From Batkoa obscura (taxonomy: Eukaryota): a stretch of 64,000 nucleotides of DNA. Location: assembly GCA_030770535.1 (NCBI GenBank), contig JASVEC010000012.1:372001-436000 (forward strand), given 5' to 3'. A program made the position numbers and the translations under genes. Below the pieces are notes generated by a model. That model was not told where the DNA came from and made no database searches. It was given only the letters and a program-made list of their open reading frames with translations. Each line of letters begins with the position of its first letter. Position 1 is the first letter of the stretch. This document shows, piece after piece, positions 29,304 through 43,403 of the stretch.

Positions 29304-29772
29304 ATATAGAGAAAAAAATAAATTTATATCTTGTTAAATTGAGTCAGTTTTCTATGTGAATGAATTTTTGGTTTTTTTTTGATTTTTGAGGAACTAAAAC
29401 TTAAAAAATGTTTTATTAATCTTTTAAACACAGAAAACGTCCCCTTGATTTTCATATTATTTATTTGTGATTACTAGTTTAGTGATATATAAAAATCGGG
29501 AAAACGTTGGGCCTAGGGTTTGAGTTTATCCAAATAAATCCTATTTTTGTATTGTTATTAAAATAATTATAAAAATTGAAATAAGAATACTTTTAATCTA
29601 GTGCAAAAAGTTATCTTAATTGTTTTTCAATAATAAAAACAAAGTTAATTTGTTGAACATCGTTATCTATATTAATAAATATATTTTTACTCATCATGAC
29701 AGTATTTTATAAACATTTTTAGTCTTTATACTCATGACATTTTTTTTTACTGCAAAATCTTAGACAGCATAT

Positions 29773-29870
29773 GAGGATGTTTTTTTTGGTTTCATTACTT
29801 TTCTATTTTTTAAACACTATTTGAGCGGAAAACACGTTAATAAATTTCTTAAACAAAGAAATACATCCTC
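29773..29870 (+). mobile_element. MITE copy
   Basis: ATAT|GAGGATGT...ACATCCTC|ATAT. Confidence 0.88.
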
Positions 29871-32338
29871 ATATAAAAGTTATTAAGAGATTTAAAATCA
29901 CTTAAATCAAGAACCACAGTCTAATATAATCTGCTATTAAAATTTTGAAATCAAATACTTTAAAACAATATTTTAATATAATAACCTGTTTAAAGAGACA
30001 TTTTTTTATGAATAGATTATTTTTAATAAATGTTTTAATAAAGGGAATGTTATTGATTTAATCATAAAGTGGATATTTTATGTGTGTAAATTTAAAAATT
30101 GCTTTAATAAACAGCTTTTTAAGGTAAAAATTCATTTAAAAAATTAACATTTATAAAATGTTATCTTTGAAGGCATTTTATCAAGATGAGTGTATAACAT
30201 AACTTTTATTACTTTTTAATTTAATTTGAATTTGTTCCATTTTGAAAAATTTCAATAAAAAAACTCTTTTAGGATGGGCAAAATTGAATAGTTCAAATAT
30301 AAATTAAACATCAAGGGATGAATCAATTGATAAAAATAAAAACATACTCTTAAATTGTATAACTTAATTTTCTTAAATACATCGTAACTATTTTAGTATC
30401 TCTTAATGGTTTTTATAATAATACAATTATTAAATGTCTTTTTAGAGTTTTAAAATTCCAAAAGTGCACTTTTTTAAGTCGAAAAATCCCCACTTCATTC
30501 AAATTATAATAAAAATTTATGTTCCTTCATAAATTTAAACCTTTTCAAGGAATAATTAAGTGCTTTGTTCTTTACAACTCCTTAACTTATCTAAGCAATC
30601 ACTTCTTCCAATCGGCCATTTAAAATTAACAGAATTTTTTAGAACCTTTATTTTTGGACTTAAAATAGATAAGTTGAGTATTTTTTATCCGCTTATTCTA
30701 ATTCAATAAACGGAAAGTGAACAAACAAGTATAATACATTAACAGCCTTCCTAAATTAACTTTTACGTTACACTATCTTTTATTTTTATTAACAAAAAAT
30801 ATGAATTCTCCTTTAAAGTGTGAATGCTTAATCCTACTAAAAATATCTGTTGATTTAGGCCAATAGATTATCGGGAAATTGATGTGAGAACCACACGGGT
30901 TATAGTTATGACTTAGAATGTTGTTATCATGAATATTCAACTTTACAGAACTATTTATAGTTTCAAGCATTAATTAATTCCATTATTACAATAAAAAGTT
31001 TGTCAAATTAAATCCAAAACTGAGTCTACTTGAAGCCAATATAATTTTAATAGGACCAATAATAAAGGTTGTAATTCTAAGAACCTTTTATTAAAAAGTG
31101 AGGAGAGAAAATGGAATTGCTTTCCAAGAACTGGAGGTAACCATTTATTCTTTAGAACAGTTTGGCTTTTATTACGAAATTAATCAGATCATATGGAACA
31201 AAGAATTAAAATGACAAACCGTATATTAGCTTTCATCATTATTTTAATAAATATAAGAATTTACTATACTTTTAATAGCATGTCTTGAATTTTATATCAT
31301 AAAGAGGCGAATCTGTTTAAAATGAATACTCCTTGAGAATTTTATTATAATTCAAATGTTATTTATTTGACTTATTAAAGCTAGGCAGAAGCTGGAGTAA
31401 GAAACAATGATTTATATATGAAAACAAAGCGGTGGAGATAAACTAAGTTAAAATGATTCAAATTCTGTATAAATTCATTAGGTCATTTTCTATATTTAAT
31501 TTTTTATCAATAATAAATATGAACAATACTTGGCTAAATTATCATTCGAGCTACAGTTATAAAACGTTTTTATAATATGCTACTAAAGTTTTCGATTTTA
31601 CCAAAATCACGGGTTAATGACAATGATAATTTTAAAATGAAACCAGCTTTAAGCATGCCAAGTATATGAAAAATGTGTGTAGATATATTTATAATATCGT
31701 CACTTGTGGCATTGATATGTTTTAAAACTTACACTTATAAAATCCGTATTAATTTTAAGTGGATATCATTAATTACGCTTGTTATATTTTTTACATTAAG
31801 TTATAACATTTATTAATTCTACATAAAGTTAATAAATTTTTTAATAAAATGCAATTTATATTTAGGTGCTAAGAATAAATTTCATGCCAGGAACTTTAAA
31901 GAGTAAAATCGAAAGATCAAGGTCAAAAATGGAATTTTAAAAGGAAAGCCAATCAATTGAAACATATCTCCGGCTTATTTCTTTTCTCCCTCTTTTAATT
32001 GCATAAAAATCTATATCTGGAACGCCAGACCAATCAAACTATACAACCTTTACACATTTAGTGGATTAATTGTTTCTAGACTCACACTTAATTTATTCCT
32101 AATAGGAAACATTCAACTTAAATGTGGATAACCATTTATGGTGAAAAAACAAAATTTTAAAATAGAGTCAAAAAATTTAGTAGAAAAACTATATAAAGAC
32201 TTGGTATTACTTTTCGAATTTTATTTTACTCCAACTAAATAATAAGTTGTTTAGTTGTTTTTAATATCCTTCTCTACTTGTCTATTTTACTAACTTAATT
32301 TGTCTTTTTTGAATTTGATACTTGTTTAAATATAAATT

Positions 32339-33739
32339 ATGGCACCACCACAAGTAATTCCAGAGATAACTACAACCACCCCTTCCTTTGATAAGGAAGC
32401 TGTTAGACGTTTAACAAAGAAAGGAGTGGTCACTTTAATATTTGATGATAAGGTATATGATGTTACAAAATTTATGAAATTTCATCCAGGAGGAGATCAT
32501 CTTATTAAGACTTCTGCTGGAACTGATGTGACTGAAGTTATGATTGCTATGCACCATAAATCTATCTTAGAAACCAAACTTCCACGTTATTATATCGGTG
32601 ACTTTAGACAAAATCCTTTAGAGCTTATTGACCCTATTAAGGAAAAGGAAGCTAAACGTAAAAAGGAGTTATCTAAAGCTTATCGTAAACTTGAAGAAAC
32701 TTTGATTGCTGATGGTATCTATGAACCAAATCATCGCTTTTATATATTGGAAAGTTTAAAGTGTGCTTTACTTTTTGTAACTTCTATCGCTCTTGCTTTA
32801 TATGGTCCCCGCCATATCCTCAATTTTGTTGTTTCAGGTTTATTATTAACTTTAATGTGGCAACAAGGTGCTTTCTTAGTCCACGATCTTGCCCATCGTT
32901 ACGCTACTTTTGATGCCAAATTTGATTATGTTGTTGCTGTTCTTTTCAGTAACTTTTGTAGTGGAACCAGTGTCGGATGGTGGAAACACAACCACAATAT
33001 TCACCACATTATCACCAATGACCCAGAACATGATCCAGATCTTCAACATATGCCTTTCTTTGCTTATTCAACCAAATACTTTAATTCGCTTTACTCTTAT
33101 TACTATGGAAGAGAAATGACTTTTGATGAAGCTGCCAAATTTATGATCTCCATTCAACACTATACTTTCTATATTATTCTCATGTTCGCAAGATTCAATT
33201 TATATTTCCAAGGTGTCAATCATTTACTTACCCGTCCTTCACCAATGCCTAGGCTTGAACTTGTTTTAACTGGCTCCTTTTTTATTTGGTATTCTGCTTT
33301 ACTTTCAACTTTCCCAGATTGGACTACACGTATTGTCTTTACTTTAGTTACCCATTGCCCACAAGCCATTTTACATCTTCAACTTCTCCTAAGTCATTCT
33401 TTCATGCCAATTGAATCCGTAGGTGATGATGATTTCTTTATCTATCGTCAACTTCGTACCTCAATCGATATTGAATGCCCTGAATATATGGATTGGTTTC
33501 ATGGTGGTTTACATTTCCAAGCACTCCATCATCTTTTCCCACGTGTACCAAGACCTCATTTCCGTAAGCTTTTAGTTCACATCAAGAAGTTCTGCTATGA
33601 TAATGAGTTAGAACACCACTCCATCACATTTACTGGGGGCAACTTTGAGATGGTAAGACTACTCAAAGATGTTGCAGACCAAGTTAAATTGTTTGCTAAG
33701 GTTGCTAAAGAAGCTAGTCAACATGGACACATTCATTAA
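32339..33739 (+). CDS. Cytochrome b5-fused front-end desaturase, most like fungal delta-8 sphingolipid desaturase
   Basis: HPGG heme motif; His boxes HDLAH, HNIHH, QALHH; WWK.NHN.HH..TNDPEHDPD.QH.PFFA. Confidence 0.9.
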   Translation: MAPPQVIPEITTTTPSFDKEAVRRLTKKGVVTLIFDDKVYDVTKFMKFHPGGDHLIKTSAGTDVTEVMIAMHHKSILETKLPRYYIGDFRQNPLELIDPIKEKEAKRKKELSKAYRKLEETLIADGIYEPNHRFYILESLKCALLFVTSIALALYGPRHILNFVVSGLLLTLMWQQGAFLVHDLAHRYATFDAKFDYVVAVLFSNFCSGTSVGWWKHNHNIHHIITNDPEHDPDLQHMPFFAYSTKYFNSLYSYYYGREMTFDEAAKFMISIQHYTFYIILMFARFNLYFQGVNHLLTRPSPMPRLELVLTGSFFIWYSALLSTFPDWTTRIVFTLVTHCPQAILHLQLLLSHSFMPIESVGDDDFFIYRQLRTSIDIECPEYMDWFHGGLHFQALHHLFPRVPRPHFRKLLVHIKKFCYDNELEHHSITFTGGNFEMVRLLKDVADQVKLFAKVAKEASQHGHIH

Positions 33740-33992
33740 GTTAAAAGGTATAGCTTGTATTAATTCTTATTTATGGCACATAGATGATTTAAATGGTCCC
33801 TTGAACTAAGTAAGCTATTAATTTTGTTAAGTGATCTTAATCTTAAGTATGTGATTATATGATACCTGTTATATTATTGATCAAATCATCTTTACGCTTT
33901 GTTAACAAGTTTAATAACTAAATTTGAACGTACTTTCAAATATCTGATTACTGTTCTAAAATTATAGTGCTATTCATTAATAAATTATGTTG

Positions 33993-34043
33993 CAATTTTT
34001 AACTTTACCTTTACCTTTAATTTCAATTTTTAACTTTACCTTT
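33993..34043. repeat. Short tandem duplication (~31-bp unit)
   Basis: CAATTTTTAACTTTACCTTTACCTTTAATTT repeated. Confidence 0.8.
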
Positions 34044-34798
34044 ACCTTTAATTTCAATTTTTTCTATACCATCGTATATATACTTTAATTTCGGGTCAAC
34101 CTATATTTTAAACCCCGGACCTAAAAACTAGGTTGATCCGGATACTAGATCAAAATTTCTGTTTTGTATTGTATAAATTTGTAGTTAATATTCTTTAATC
34201 TTTATATAATAAAACTAATTGTCAAATCACTTTTAAAAGTTACTATTATGTATACTTTAAGTACTTATCGTTACTATTAGAGCTACATTTAATTTGATGA
34301 AAGTGCTATTAGATTTCCACTTTAAAAAATCAATCTTCATATAACTAAATTACCATTATCTTAAACTAAAAAGCTTATATTCACATAAATATTCAAATGA
34401 ATTTACTATATAAAGAGTAATGTGTAACTTCTCATACTTTTAATAAACAAAAATACCATCAAATTAAACTAAATAACATATGGGTATCAAAACATAACAA
34501 ATAACATATAATCTAAATAACATTAAATGATAAACTACTATCTATCTAAACTTATAATCAAAATTAAACGTGTTACTTTATTCTTTTAAAGTTGTTAATT
34601 TACCATGAATAATAGTTTTTAATCTTTTTTATATATTAAAGAAATTGTGGAGCATATTAAAATAATTGAAGTTAGAAAATTTTCAGAATAAGGAATAAAA
34701 CATTTTTTGCGAATATCTTACTTATCAAATAGCATTAGGTGAACGTATTAATATAGTTGTTTAAAATAAATGTTTTAAGATTGGTTAGCAACCTCAAA

Positions 34799-37129
34799 TT
34801 AATCAACATATAAATTTATCGCTGACATTGAAATCACACTTCCTCCTGGTGTGACCCCTTTAACCGATTCAAATGCCATCTGTACATCATCATCCGAATT
34901 AATTGTGATAAAATCATTATCTTCATCGCGGTAACGCATTCTAAATCCAGATGAAAGATCTTCCATCTTATTGCCTCTTCTGCCCCCACAGAGCCTCAAT
35001 TTTCTTTCCACTTTATCCGAAAGCTCCTCAAAATCAATTGAACTAGGTACCATAATGATAAATACATCATCTAAGTAATTGATCTTAACCTTCGTTTGGC
35101 TCGCTGTTCTATTAAGAGAAGACATCGGCCTAACGTTATTGCCATGGGGAATGTAGCCATTCATACTAACGTTATGGCTTGCACCATTACCATTGCTAGT
35201 TCTAGGCGAGTGTCCATTTGTTTGTGTAGGCTCCCAATTGCCATTAGGGGTACGCACAGCATGGATGTTTGGACTACTAGCACTTCTGTTACGGAATGAG
35301 TTATTAGGTGAAAGTTCATCCCTCATTGATTTTGGGATCGCTGGCAATGGAGCATGTTGTAATTTATTCACTTGATTATCGTCCGCCGATATTGAGTTAA
35401 GGTGGCCTTTACTATCATTTTTATTTGGACTACTTGCTTTGTTTTTAGCAATAAGTTGATCTAGCAAAGGTTTCCATAATCGGACCTGCTCCTCATTACG
35501 GCATTTAAGTATTAAAATTTGCATACCTTCTGAACGCCAATATAATCTAAGAAAAATTTCACCTTCGATTGTTCTTTCTGCTACCTTTGCTAAGCTTTCC
35601 ATTGGAATTTCACCTCTCAATTCAAGTGGTGGCCCAGTTACCTTCTTACTCAACTGCTTTGCTTTTTTAGATGTTGAACTTAATTCCTTGCAACATAAAA
35701 TTATCTCTTCAAACATAAATATATACATCTCTCTCTCCTTTTGATCTTTACCAACCACCATAAATTTATCATTTTGTAAAAGTTCTCCAAAATCCTCAAT
35801 GGATAGCTGATCCCAATTTACTACTCGATGTTTAAGATCAACAGTCAAATTAGCATTCTCTTCTTTTCTCCTCATCTCATTTACTTTTGCCGCTACTCTT
35901 TCGATTGCTTCCATACCAAGCTTCAATTCTTGAAAATATGGATATTCTTCTTCAGAAGTATATCTAATAAGTTCTCTTAGCAATAATGGATATTTACAAA
36001 TTCTTTGAATAGGTTTAATAAGTAAAGAAGGTAACTCATAAGTGGGTTCGACGATATGGGCCAATGGCTAAATATTTAATCAAACAATACTTTAAAAATG
36101 TGATTTTATTACCATTAAATTGGGTGCTTCTCTAACAGCAAGGTCTGAGGCATGACCATAGTTAGCACAAAAGGGCTCATAAACTGAAAAAGCTTCTTCC
36201 TAAAGCTATTTAATAAATCAAAAGATAGTTATAAAGGTAATTTACCATTGTTTGAAACAAACCACCAACACGTTGTTCGGCGGGAGCTAAGATAGCATTA
36301 CATTCAACACCAATTAAAAATCTACGTTGAAAATCCAAAAGGCTATGTAAATTAGCAAATAAATATCTTATTGTTTCTGGTGATATGACTTTTGAATTTT
36401 GGCACTCAACCATATATTCCTAGCAAAATTAAACTTTGAGCCCATCAAATTATATTGAAGTCTTACTTGTAGCTTTTCCAAATCTTGAATATATTTACGT
36501 TCTGTTTCTAACATTTCCCTAATTACTTTACCACGATTATCCGAAGCATCTACTTTATTTCCATTTAAATTTAAATGCGATGTATCAATCAATTTGTTCT
36601 CTTCAATGCGATCCAAAAGCAAAGACGCTGTTTTAAGTACCTAAAAAAACCATTAAAATATTTAAAACCATTATAATTCATAGCTTACTTTGATAAAGGC
36701 GTTAGTATCGTCTTTAAAAAGATCCGTTATAGTAAAACAATCATCTTCTTTAAGACCAAGCGTTTCTTTGCAATTTAATAAAAATCTATAAACCAATGCT
36801 TTTGATGCGTTTGTTGTCACCTCTGCGCTAGGTGGGTAGATACTTTGTGGGTTATCTGGGCATAAGAAATTATACATTTTAGTTAGCGGACTGCCTTGAC
36901 GAAACGTTTTCCAAAGTAAGTTAACTGGATCAATTCCCATAATGGGGTTATAAGTGTCATCTTGTTCCAATTGTTCTTTTGCAATATTAAGATATTCTTC
37001 AATATCTGGGATACATTTAAGACGTTGAATAATGTTATTACATAATTGAAAAATAGAGGTTGGCCCAGTAGGGGCTATAGGTTTCACTTGGGTAGGTAAA
37101 TCACTGCTTAGCATTTCCTGACTTGACAT
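34799..37129 (-). CDS. CDC24: Cdc42 guanine-nucleotide exchange factor Cdc24/Scd1 (spliced)
   Basis: CH-like DPVNLLWKTFRQG.PL; DH EMLETERKYIQDLE and LLIKPIQRICKYPLLL; PH region; PB1 RYRDEDNDFITINSDDDV. Confidence 0.95.
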
Positions 37130-37995
37130 TTATTTCAAAAATAAACTGATAGTATTTTTTTAAGCAAGCTTTGGCCTTTGTTGAATAGCGGGTTTAAAAT
37201 ACAATAGTCACAGTTATTGGACGATATAGTTTTGGACTCCAAAGTTTAAGTTAATGATTTGTGGAAATTGGATCTGAGTTACCAATCAAATAGGGACCAT
37301 TTTTAAGCTATGGTTTAAAAAAATAGAAATTTGGAGATAGCTTGGTCATGTTTGGTAGCTGTTTACTTTTTTTAGAAGGTGGCTTAAATGATTTGAGATC
37401 ATTTTATGAAATTTAAATTCGAATTTCGTCATATTTTTATATTCTAAGCATATATTTCCACTTTTAAATTTATTGATAATTTGAATTATTAATATCAACT
37501 TTATATTCAAATATTACCTCACATTAAAACTGAGGTAGTTTTATGTTAATTTAGCATTGTTAATATTAGTAAGAGAATCATTAATTTTTTATTTTTATAC
37601 TAAACTATCTGATAATTTATTTTAATTTTATGGAAAATAAGAATGTAAGCATACATTGATTGAAATTTTAAAAATCTTGAATTATTAAATTATTAATTAT
37701 TAAACTATTAAATTATTAAATTATAAATTAAAACTATAAGTGCTTAAAATTGTTTTATTCAAAGGTAAAATGGTTTTCATAGCAATGTTAAAATAAGTAG
37801 AACCTATTTGAAACTACTGATTGCATCTTACATTTATTAAATCATTTAAAAGTGAATATCATTTTATAACTATAATAATTATTGTTGTTTTGTCTCATTT
37901 TTTAAATTCTTATTTTCAACTTAATTTTAAAAATAGAATCTAATTTCCTATAAAACCTCAAATTTAAAACTCGTCAGCTATAGTTTTACTTTGAA

Positions 37996-39638
37996 ATGGA
38001 GGAGGTTGCACACAACACATCTAGTCAAGAGGTAACCGAAGAGGATATAGAAAGCAATTTAGAATCCCAACATTTCAACGAAGTGATTCAAAGCTTTCAG
38101 CATTATGGCCATCATTACCTTCACAGCCTATTAAAAAAGAAACAAGATTTTGAAAGCCTCATTACAGATACTTTACAAAAAGAAACGATTTTTGATATAT
38201 ATAATTATAAGATTCAAAAAGTAGCCCAATGTATTAAGTTGAATGCGGCATTTTTGAATTTAATCACTGAAGACCATCACTTATTTCAAAACGAATTTCA
38301 TGGTGATAATAAAGGAGTAAGTATTTTTTTAAAAAAAATGATTTTTAAAGCTTTAGAGCCTTGATTAATATATTATTAAGATAAATCGAGGTTATTCACC
38401 AACGATAGAAAATATGAATAGAGTGGGTGTCACAATAAAAATGATTGTTAGAGACTGGTCAAAGCTTGTAAGTGAATTAAAGTTTCTTTTTATTTTTATT
38501 TTAACAAATGTATGAATTAAATAGGGAGAAATTGAAAGAAAGTTAACATACGAGCCAATCAAGGATTGTTTAGAAGCTCATTTTAAAGATTACTCTAAAA
38601 AAAATAGATATCAATTAAAAATATTGGTACCAGGAGCAGGTTTAGGTAGATTGGCGTATGAGATTGCTACGTTGGGTAAGCTGAAATCGATAATACTAAA
38701 GTGATATAATTAATTTATGTTTTTTTAGGTTTCAGCGTACAAGGTTAGAAAAATATAGTAATTAGATTATAAAGATTTGACATTTTTTTATTAATTTAAA
38801 GGGAATGAGTTTTCTTATTTTATGGTAATTTAATTGTAATTGGAAGTGTTATCTAGCTTATTCTGCTCTTTTTATTTCTAACTAGTTATTGGCATCTTCA
38901 TTTATGCTTAATAAGTAAGCTATTACTCATAATTAGTAAAGTAAAAGTTTATTTCTATTTAAATCATAGATCCCATCAAATAGAGTGTTATGATTTATAC
39001 CCTTATGTAACGAATTTTTCCAACCATTTGAGTATCGAGGATTTAATTAAAGGAGCTAAAGTACCTGATATTTTACCTCATGGACTTTTGCCAAATGTCG
39101 ACTTTTCAATGGCAGCTGGTGATTTTGTGGAAGTGTATACAAAAGAAGAGCAGCTTGGTAGGTTTATTATAAACTGTTAATCCAGTTTTTTAACTTTTTA
39201 ATATGCTATTATTAGAATCTTGGAACTCAGCAGTCACTTGCTTTTTTATAGATACAGCCAAGAATGTATTAGATTATATACAGATCATCTTTAACTTATT
39301 AAAACCTGGAGGAATTTGGATAAACATAGGTAAATGATAGAGTAATTGACTAAGCTATTTAATATGCTATTTTTACTAGGCCCTTTATTGTATCATTTTG
39401 AAGAGATAAGTAGTGAACATTCAATTGAATTAACTTATGAAGAACTTCGGTTGTTTATTTTGGCGGTTGGGTTTGAAATTCATGTAATGTTAAAGCACTC
39501 TCATTGGTACCATTACTGATAATTATTTAGGATGAAAAAAGAGTGGACGTACCATATACATCTAGTTTGGATTCAATGTTAGTGCACTCTTATAACTGTA
39601 TAGTATTTAATGCTATAAAACCAAATAAAAGTGCTTAA
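37996..39638 (+). CDS. Carnosine N-methyltransferase (N2227/CARNMT1 family), with micro-exons
   Basis: [72 protein letters not shown]. Confidence 0.93.
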
Positions 39639-39771
39639 AGTTAAATTGTTTGAGTATATTTTTGCTTTAATGCTTAGGAATTTTTTAAATTAAATTACGT
39701 AAGGAACGGATAAAATAAGGAAAAATACGCTTTCGTTTGTACATAAATGAATTTAATCCCTGAATCTACAA

Positions 39772-39869
39772 GAGGATGTTTTTTTTGGTTTTATCACCTT
39801 TTCATTTTTTAAACGTTATTTGAGTGGGAAGATTGTTAGTAAAATTCTTAAACAGAAAAACACATCCCC
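39772..39869 (+). mobile_element. MITE copy between two convergent 3' ends
   Basis: GAGGATGT...ACATCCCC; flanks ACAA/ATAA. Confidence 0.85.
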
Positions 39870-39965
39870 ATAAATTATTTATTTATAACAGGTCTATATA
39901 AAATATATTTAAAAAATCACAAAACTAGATAGAAGTAAGTTTATTTTGAATTACATAAATAATAT

Positions 39966-41510
39966 TTAAGCTTGTTGGGCAAGAGCTTTTCGTACTCGAC
40001 TACCATACTCTTTGTCTGCTTTACTAAAATGTTCTATCATTCTATTTTGAATTTCTTTTTTAGCACCAGAAAGATGACCAGCAATATTTTTAATAAGATC
40101 GTCTTGTTCTTCCTTCTCTAACTTTCTGTATAAGTTACCAGCTTGTACATAGTCATCATCGGTCAATGGCTGAGCATAACGTGCATGTACATTTTGTTTA
40201 TTACCACCTTCACGGTTAAAGTTACCATTATCTGGTTGATTGATATTTCCAGAAGATAAAGAATTGCTTGTAATTTCTTGAGTTACTTTATCTTGACTCA
40301 ATTGAGTGTTAAGTGGTTTTGGTCCATCAAATGAATTTGGATAAAAATTAGGTTGATTACCTCCATTGCTATCGAAAGTCATAGAACCATCTCTTTGATA
40401 GGTGGCAACTTTAGCTTTATAAGGACAATTGATTGGAAGTTGAGTGTAGTTGGCACCGATACGATAACGATGAGCATCTGCATAAGCGAATAAACGACCT
40501 TGTAACATCTTATCTGGAGAAGGTTCAATACCAGGTGGCATATTAGCAGGGGAAAAAGCGACTTGCTCCGTTTCAGCAAAGAAATTTTCTGGGTTTTTAT
40601 CAAGTACCATGCGACCAACCTCTTGTAAAGGAAAGTCTGGATGAGGCCATACCTTAGTAATATCAAATGGGTTGAAACGATAAGCTGAAGCTTGTTCTAA
40701 AGTCATAACTTGCATCTTTAATGTCCAACTTGGATATTCACCTTTTTTAATGGCTTCAAATAAGTCTTCAGTTCCATAATCTGGATTTTCACCAGCTATC
40801 TTAACTGCTTCTTCATCCTTGAGGTTCTTGACACCTTGATCGGATTTAAAATGGAATTTAACAAAATGACATTCACCCTTATCATTAACTAACTTAAGGG
40901 TATGACCATAATACCCATTCATAAATCTGAAGCCATCAGGAGTACCACGATTTGAAAATAAGATAGTAACTTGATGGATAGATTCTGGGGTCAACGATAA
41001 GAAATCCCAGAACATATCTTTATCTTTAAGATTGGTTTGTGGGTTACGTTTTTGAGTATGGATGAAATCAGGGAACTTAATAGTATCTCTGATAAAAAAT
41101 ACTGGTGTATTATTACCTACATAATCAAAGTTGCCTTCTTCAGTATAAAATTTAACTGCAAACCCACGTGGATCACGGACACAATCGGCAGAGCCCTTCT
41201 CGCCACCAACCGTGGAAAAACGTGTAAATACTGGTGTACGTTTACCTACTTGATTTAAGAATTTTGCTTTGGTTAAATGGGAGATATCTTTGGTAACTTC
41301 AAAGTAACCATGGGCACCAGCACCTTTGGCATGGACTACACGTTCTGGAACTCTTTCACGGTTAAAGTGAGCAAGTTTATCAATCAAATGGAAGTCTTGG
41401 ATTAAAATACCACCATCTCTACCAGCAGTGAAGGAGTTTTGATCATCTTGAACTGGAATACCATGAGAGGTAGTAAGTACGTGTGAATGTTGTTGTGTCT
41501 TTTCAATCAT
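39966..41510 (-). CDS. Small-subunit monofunctional heme catalase, intronless
   Basis: [48 protein letters not shown] (proximal Tyr). Confidence 0.97.
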   Translation of the reverse strand: MIEKTQQHSHVLTTSHGIPVQDDQNSFTAGRDGGILIQDFHLIDKLAHFNRERVPERVVHAKGAGAHGYFEVTKDISHLTKAKFLNQVGKRTPVFTRFSTVGGEKGSADCVRDPRGFAVKFYTEEGNFDYVGNNTPVFFIRDTIKFPDFIHTQKRNPQTNLKDKDMFWDFLSLTPESIHQVTILFSNRGTPDGFRFMNGYYGHTLKLVNDKGECHFVKFHFKSDQGVKNLKDEEAVKIAGENPDYGTEDLFEAIKKGEYPSWTLKMQVMTLEQASAYRFNPFDITKVWPHPDFPLQEVGRMVLDKNPENFFAETEQVAFSPANMPPGIEPSPDKMLQGRLFAYADAHRYRIGANYTQLPINCPYKAKVATYQRDGSMTFDSNGGNQPNFYPNSFDGPKPLNTQLSQDKVTQEITSNSLSSGNINQPDNGNFNREGGNKQNVHARYAQPLTDDDYVQAGNLYRKLEKEEQDDLIKNIAGHLSGAKKEIQNRMIEHFSKADKEYGSRVRKALAQQA

Positions 41511-42722
41511 TTTTCAAATATATTTTTCAAATAAATATTAGTTTTTAACTTGTATTTATACTTTTTGCTTCCTATAAATTTATGTAAGATAATCATTAAT
41601 CTAATCACACCTTTATCAATCAAATCATTAGGTCATTAAACTTGCACTTATTCTCCCTTTTATGTTTATTTTTACTCATTTTTATTACAAATCTTAAATA
41701 TTAATTCATTTTTTCATTTCAAATTTTAAATTAAATTTTAATAATTCATTTTTTTACGTCATTCTTAACAAGTCAATTTCTATAGCAATCAAGTAGTACA
41801 TACAAAACATTAATAAAACATTTTCATTTTTTAAAAAGTTCAAGGATAGCTTGGATTCATTATGAAAATTATCAGTAATGAATCTTTTAAATAAATCTAG
41901 TTTCCCTGATATTAGAAATATAAATCAAATAAATTTAATAGTATATATTGTTTTATTAAAAAGAGGATATGAAAGCAATGATTGTATTATACTAATTTTT
42001 TTTAAAATGAATTGAAATCAAGCTAAATACAAGTTTTATTTCAAAACAATAAGCATAAACAATAGCATTAATTTAAAACAATTAATAGCTAAGCAATGAA
42101 TGCTATTGAAATCCCAGCTTTTTACTATTTAAATATTCTTATTGTACAAACTAATCAATTGTCAATTAGCTTGAATTTTATCCACCTATGATAGCATCTC
42201 TTCGAATAACCTTAACATCATAGGAAATTCGGGCTTTGAAATTTAATAGCATTTAACTACTGTTAACGTTTCTAAGAACAAGGTATATAAAAATATATAC
42301 AATCAATTAGAATTTTAAAAAAGCCAATATTTTTTATATTTTTATTATGCTTGTATGGGTTGATGTGTAGGATTCCAAAGTCAATTTCAGATTTGTATAT
42401 GATGGATTCAGATTTTTGTAAAATTGCTTCAATTTTTAATTGGCTGGATCTGGACAAGCTAAAAAATTGCTTGTATTTGTGATATAAGTTAAGTCAAAAG
42501 TTTTAGAATTTTTTTTACAACTTTTCAAAGATATTTTGAAAACTTATGAAATATATATATACATTAAAACTATATGTAATCTTTACTGTGTTAAATTTTT
42601 AAGTTTTTAGCTTTTTTCCTCATAATAAAATTAATACATTAAAATATAATAAATAAAAAATATAACAAAAATTAATAAAGTTTTAAATTTTAAATTTTAA
42701 AAAAGTAATGACTTTAACATAT

Positions 42723-43029
42723 GGGGATGTATTTTTTTGTTTAAGAATTTTACTAACAACTTTTCCACTTAAATAGCGTTTAAGAAATGGAGAAAGTAAT
42801 GAAACCAAAAAAACATCCTCATATAGGGGTATTTTTTTTGGTTTTATTATTTTTTTCTATTTTTTAAGCGCTATTTAAGTGGAAAAACTGCTAGTAAAAT
42901 TCTTAAACACAAAAATACATCCTTCATATAAGGGTATTTTTCTTTGGCTTCATCACTTTTTCCATTTTTTAAGCGCTATTTGAGTGGAGAGATTGTTAGT
43001 AAGATTTTTAAGCAAAAAAACACATACCC
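42723..43029. mobile_element. Three abutting MITE copies (42723-42820, 42825-42925, 42930-43029)
   Basis: Each separated by one ATAT; first copy inverted relative to the other two. Confidence 0.88.
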
Positions 43030-43198
43030 ATATTAGCAATAATAATAATAATAATATAAATAAAATAAATAAATATATTAAAATACTGTGAAATATAATT
43101 ATTAAAAAAAATTACAAAAAAAATGAAAATATATGCAAAGTTTAAAATTTAATTATATAATAAAATACTATATTTTTAAGTAAAAATAATTATAATAT

Positions 43199-43300
43199 AA
43201 AAATGTATTTTTTTGTTTAAGAATTTTATTAACAATTTTACTATTTAAATAATGCTTAAAAAAATAGAAAAAGTGATAAAATCAAAAAAATACATTTCTG
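43199..43300 (-). mobile_element. Heavily decayed MITE copy
   Basis: Core TTTTGTTTAAGAATTTTA..AAATA..GCTTAAAA..GAAAAAGTGATAAA retained; terminal G/C runs lost. Confidence 0.7.
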
Positions 43301-43403
43301 TATTATAATTCTAAATAAAGCTTATAGTTAATAAGCTTTGAACTATATAATTAAAACAGATTTTAATTTATAAATATAAGGCATAATAAAAAATAAACTA
43401 TAT

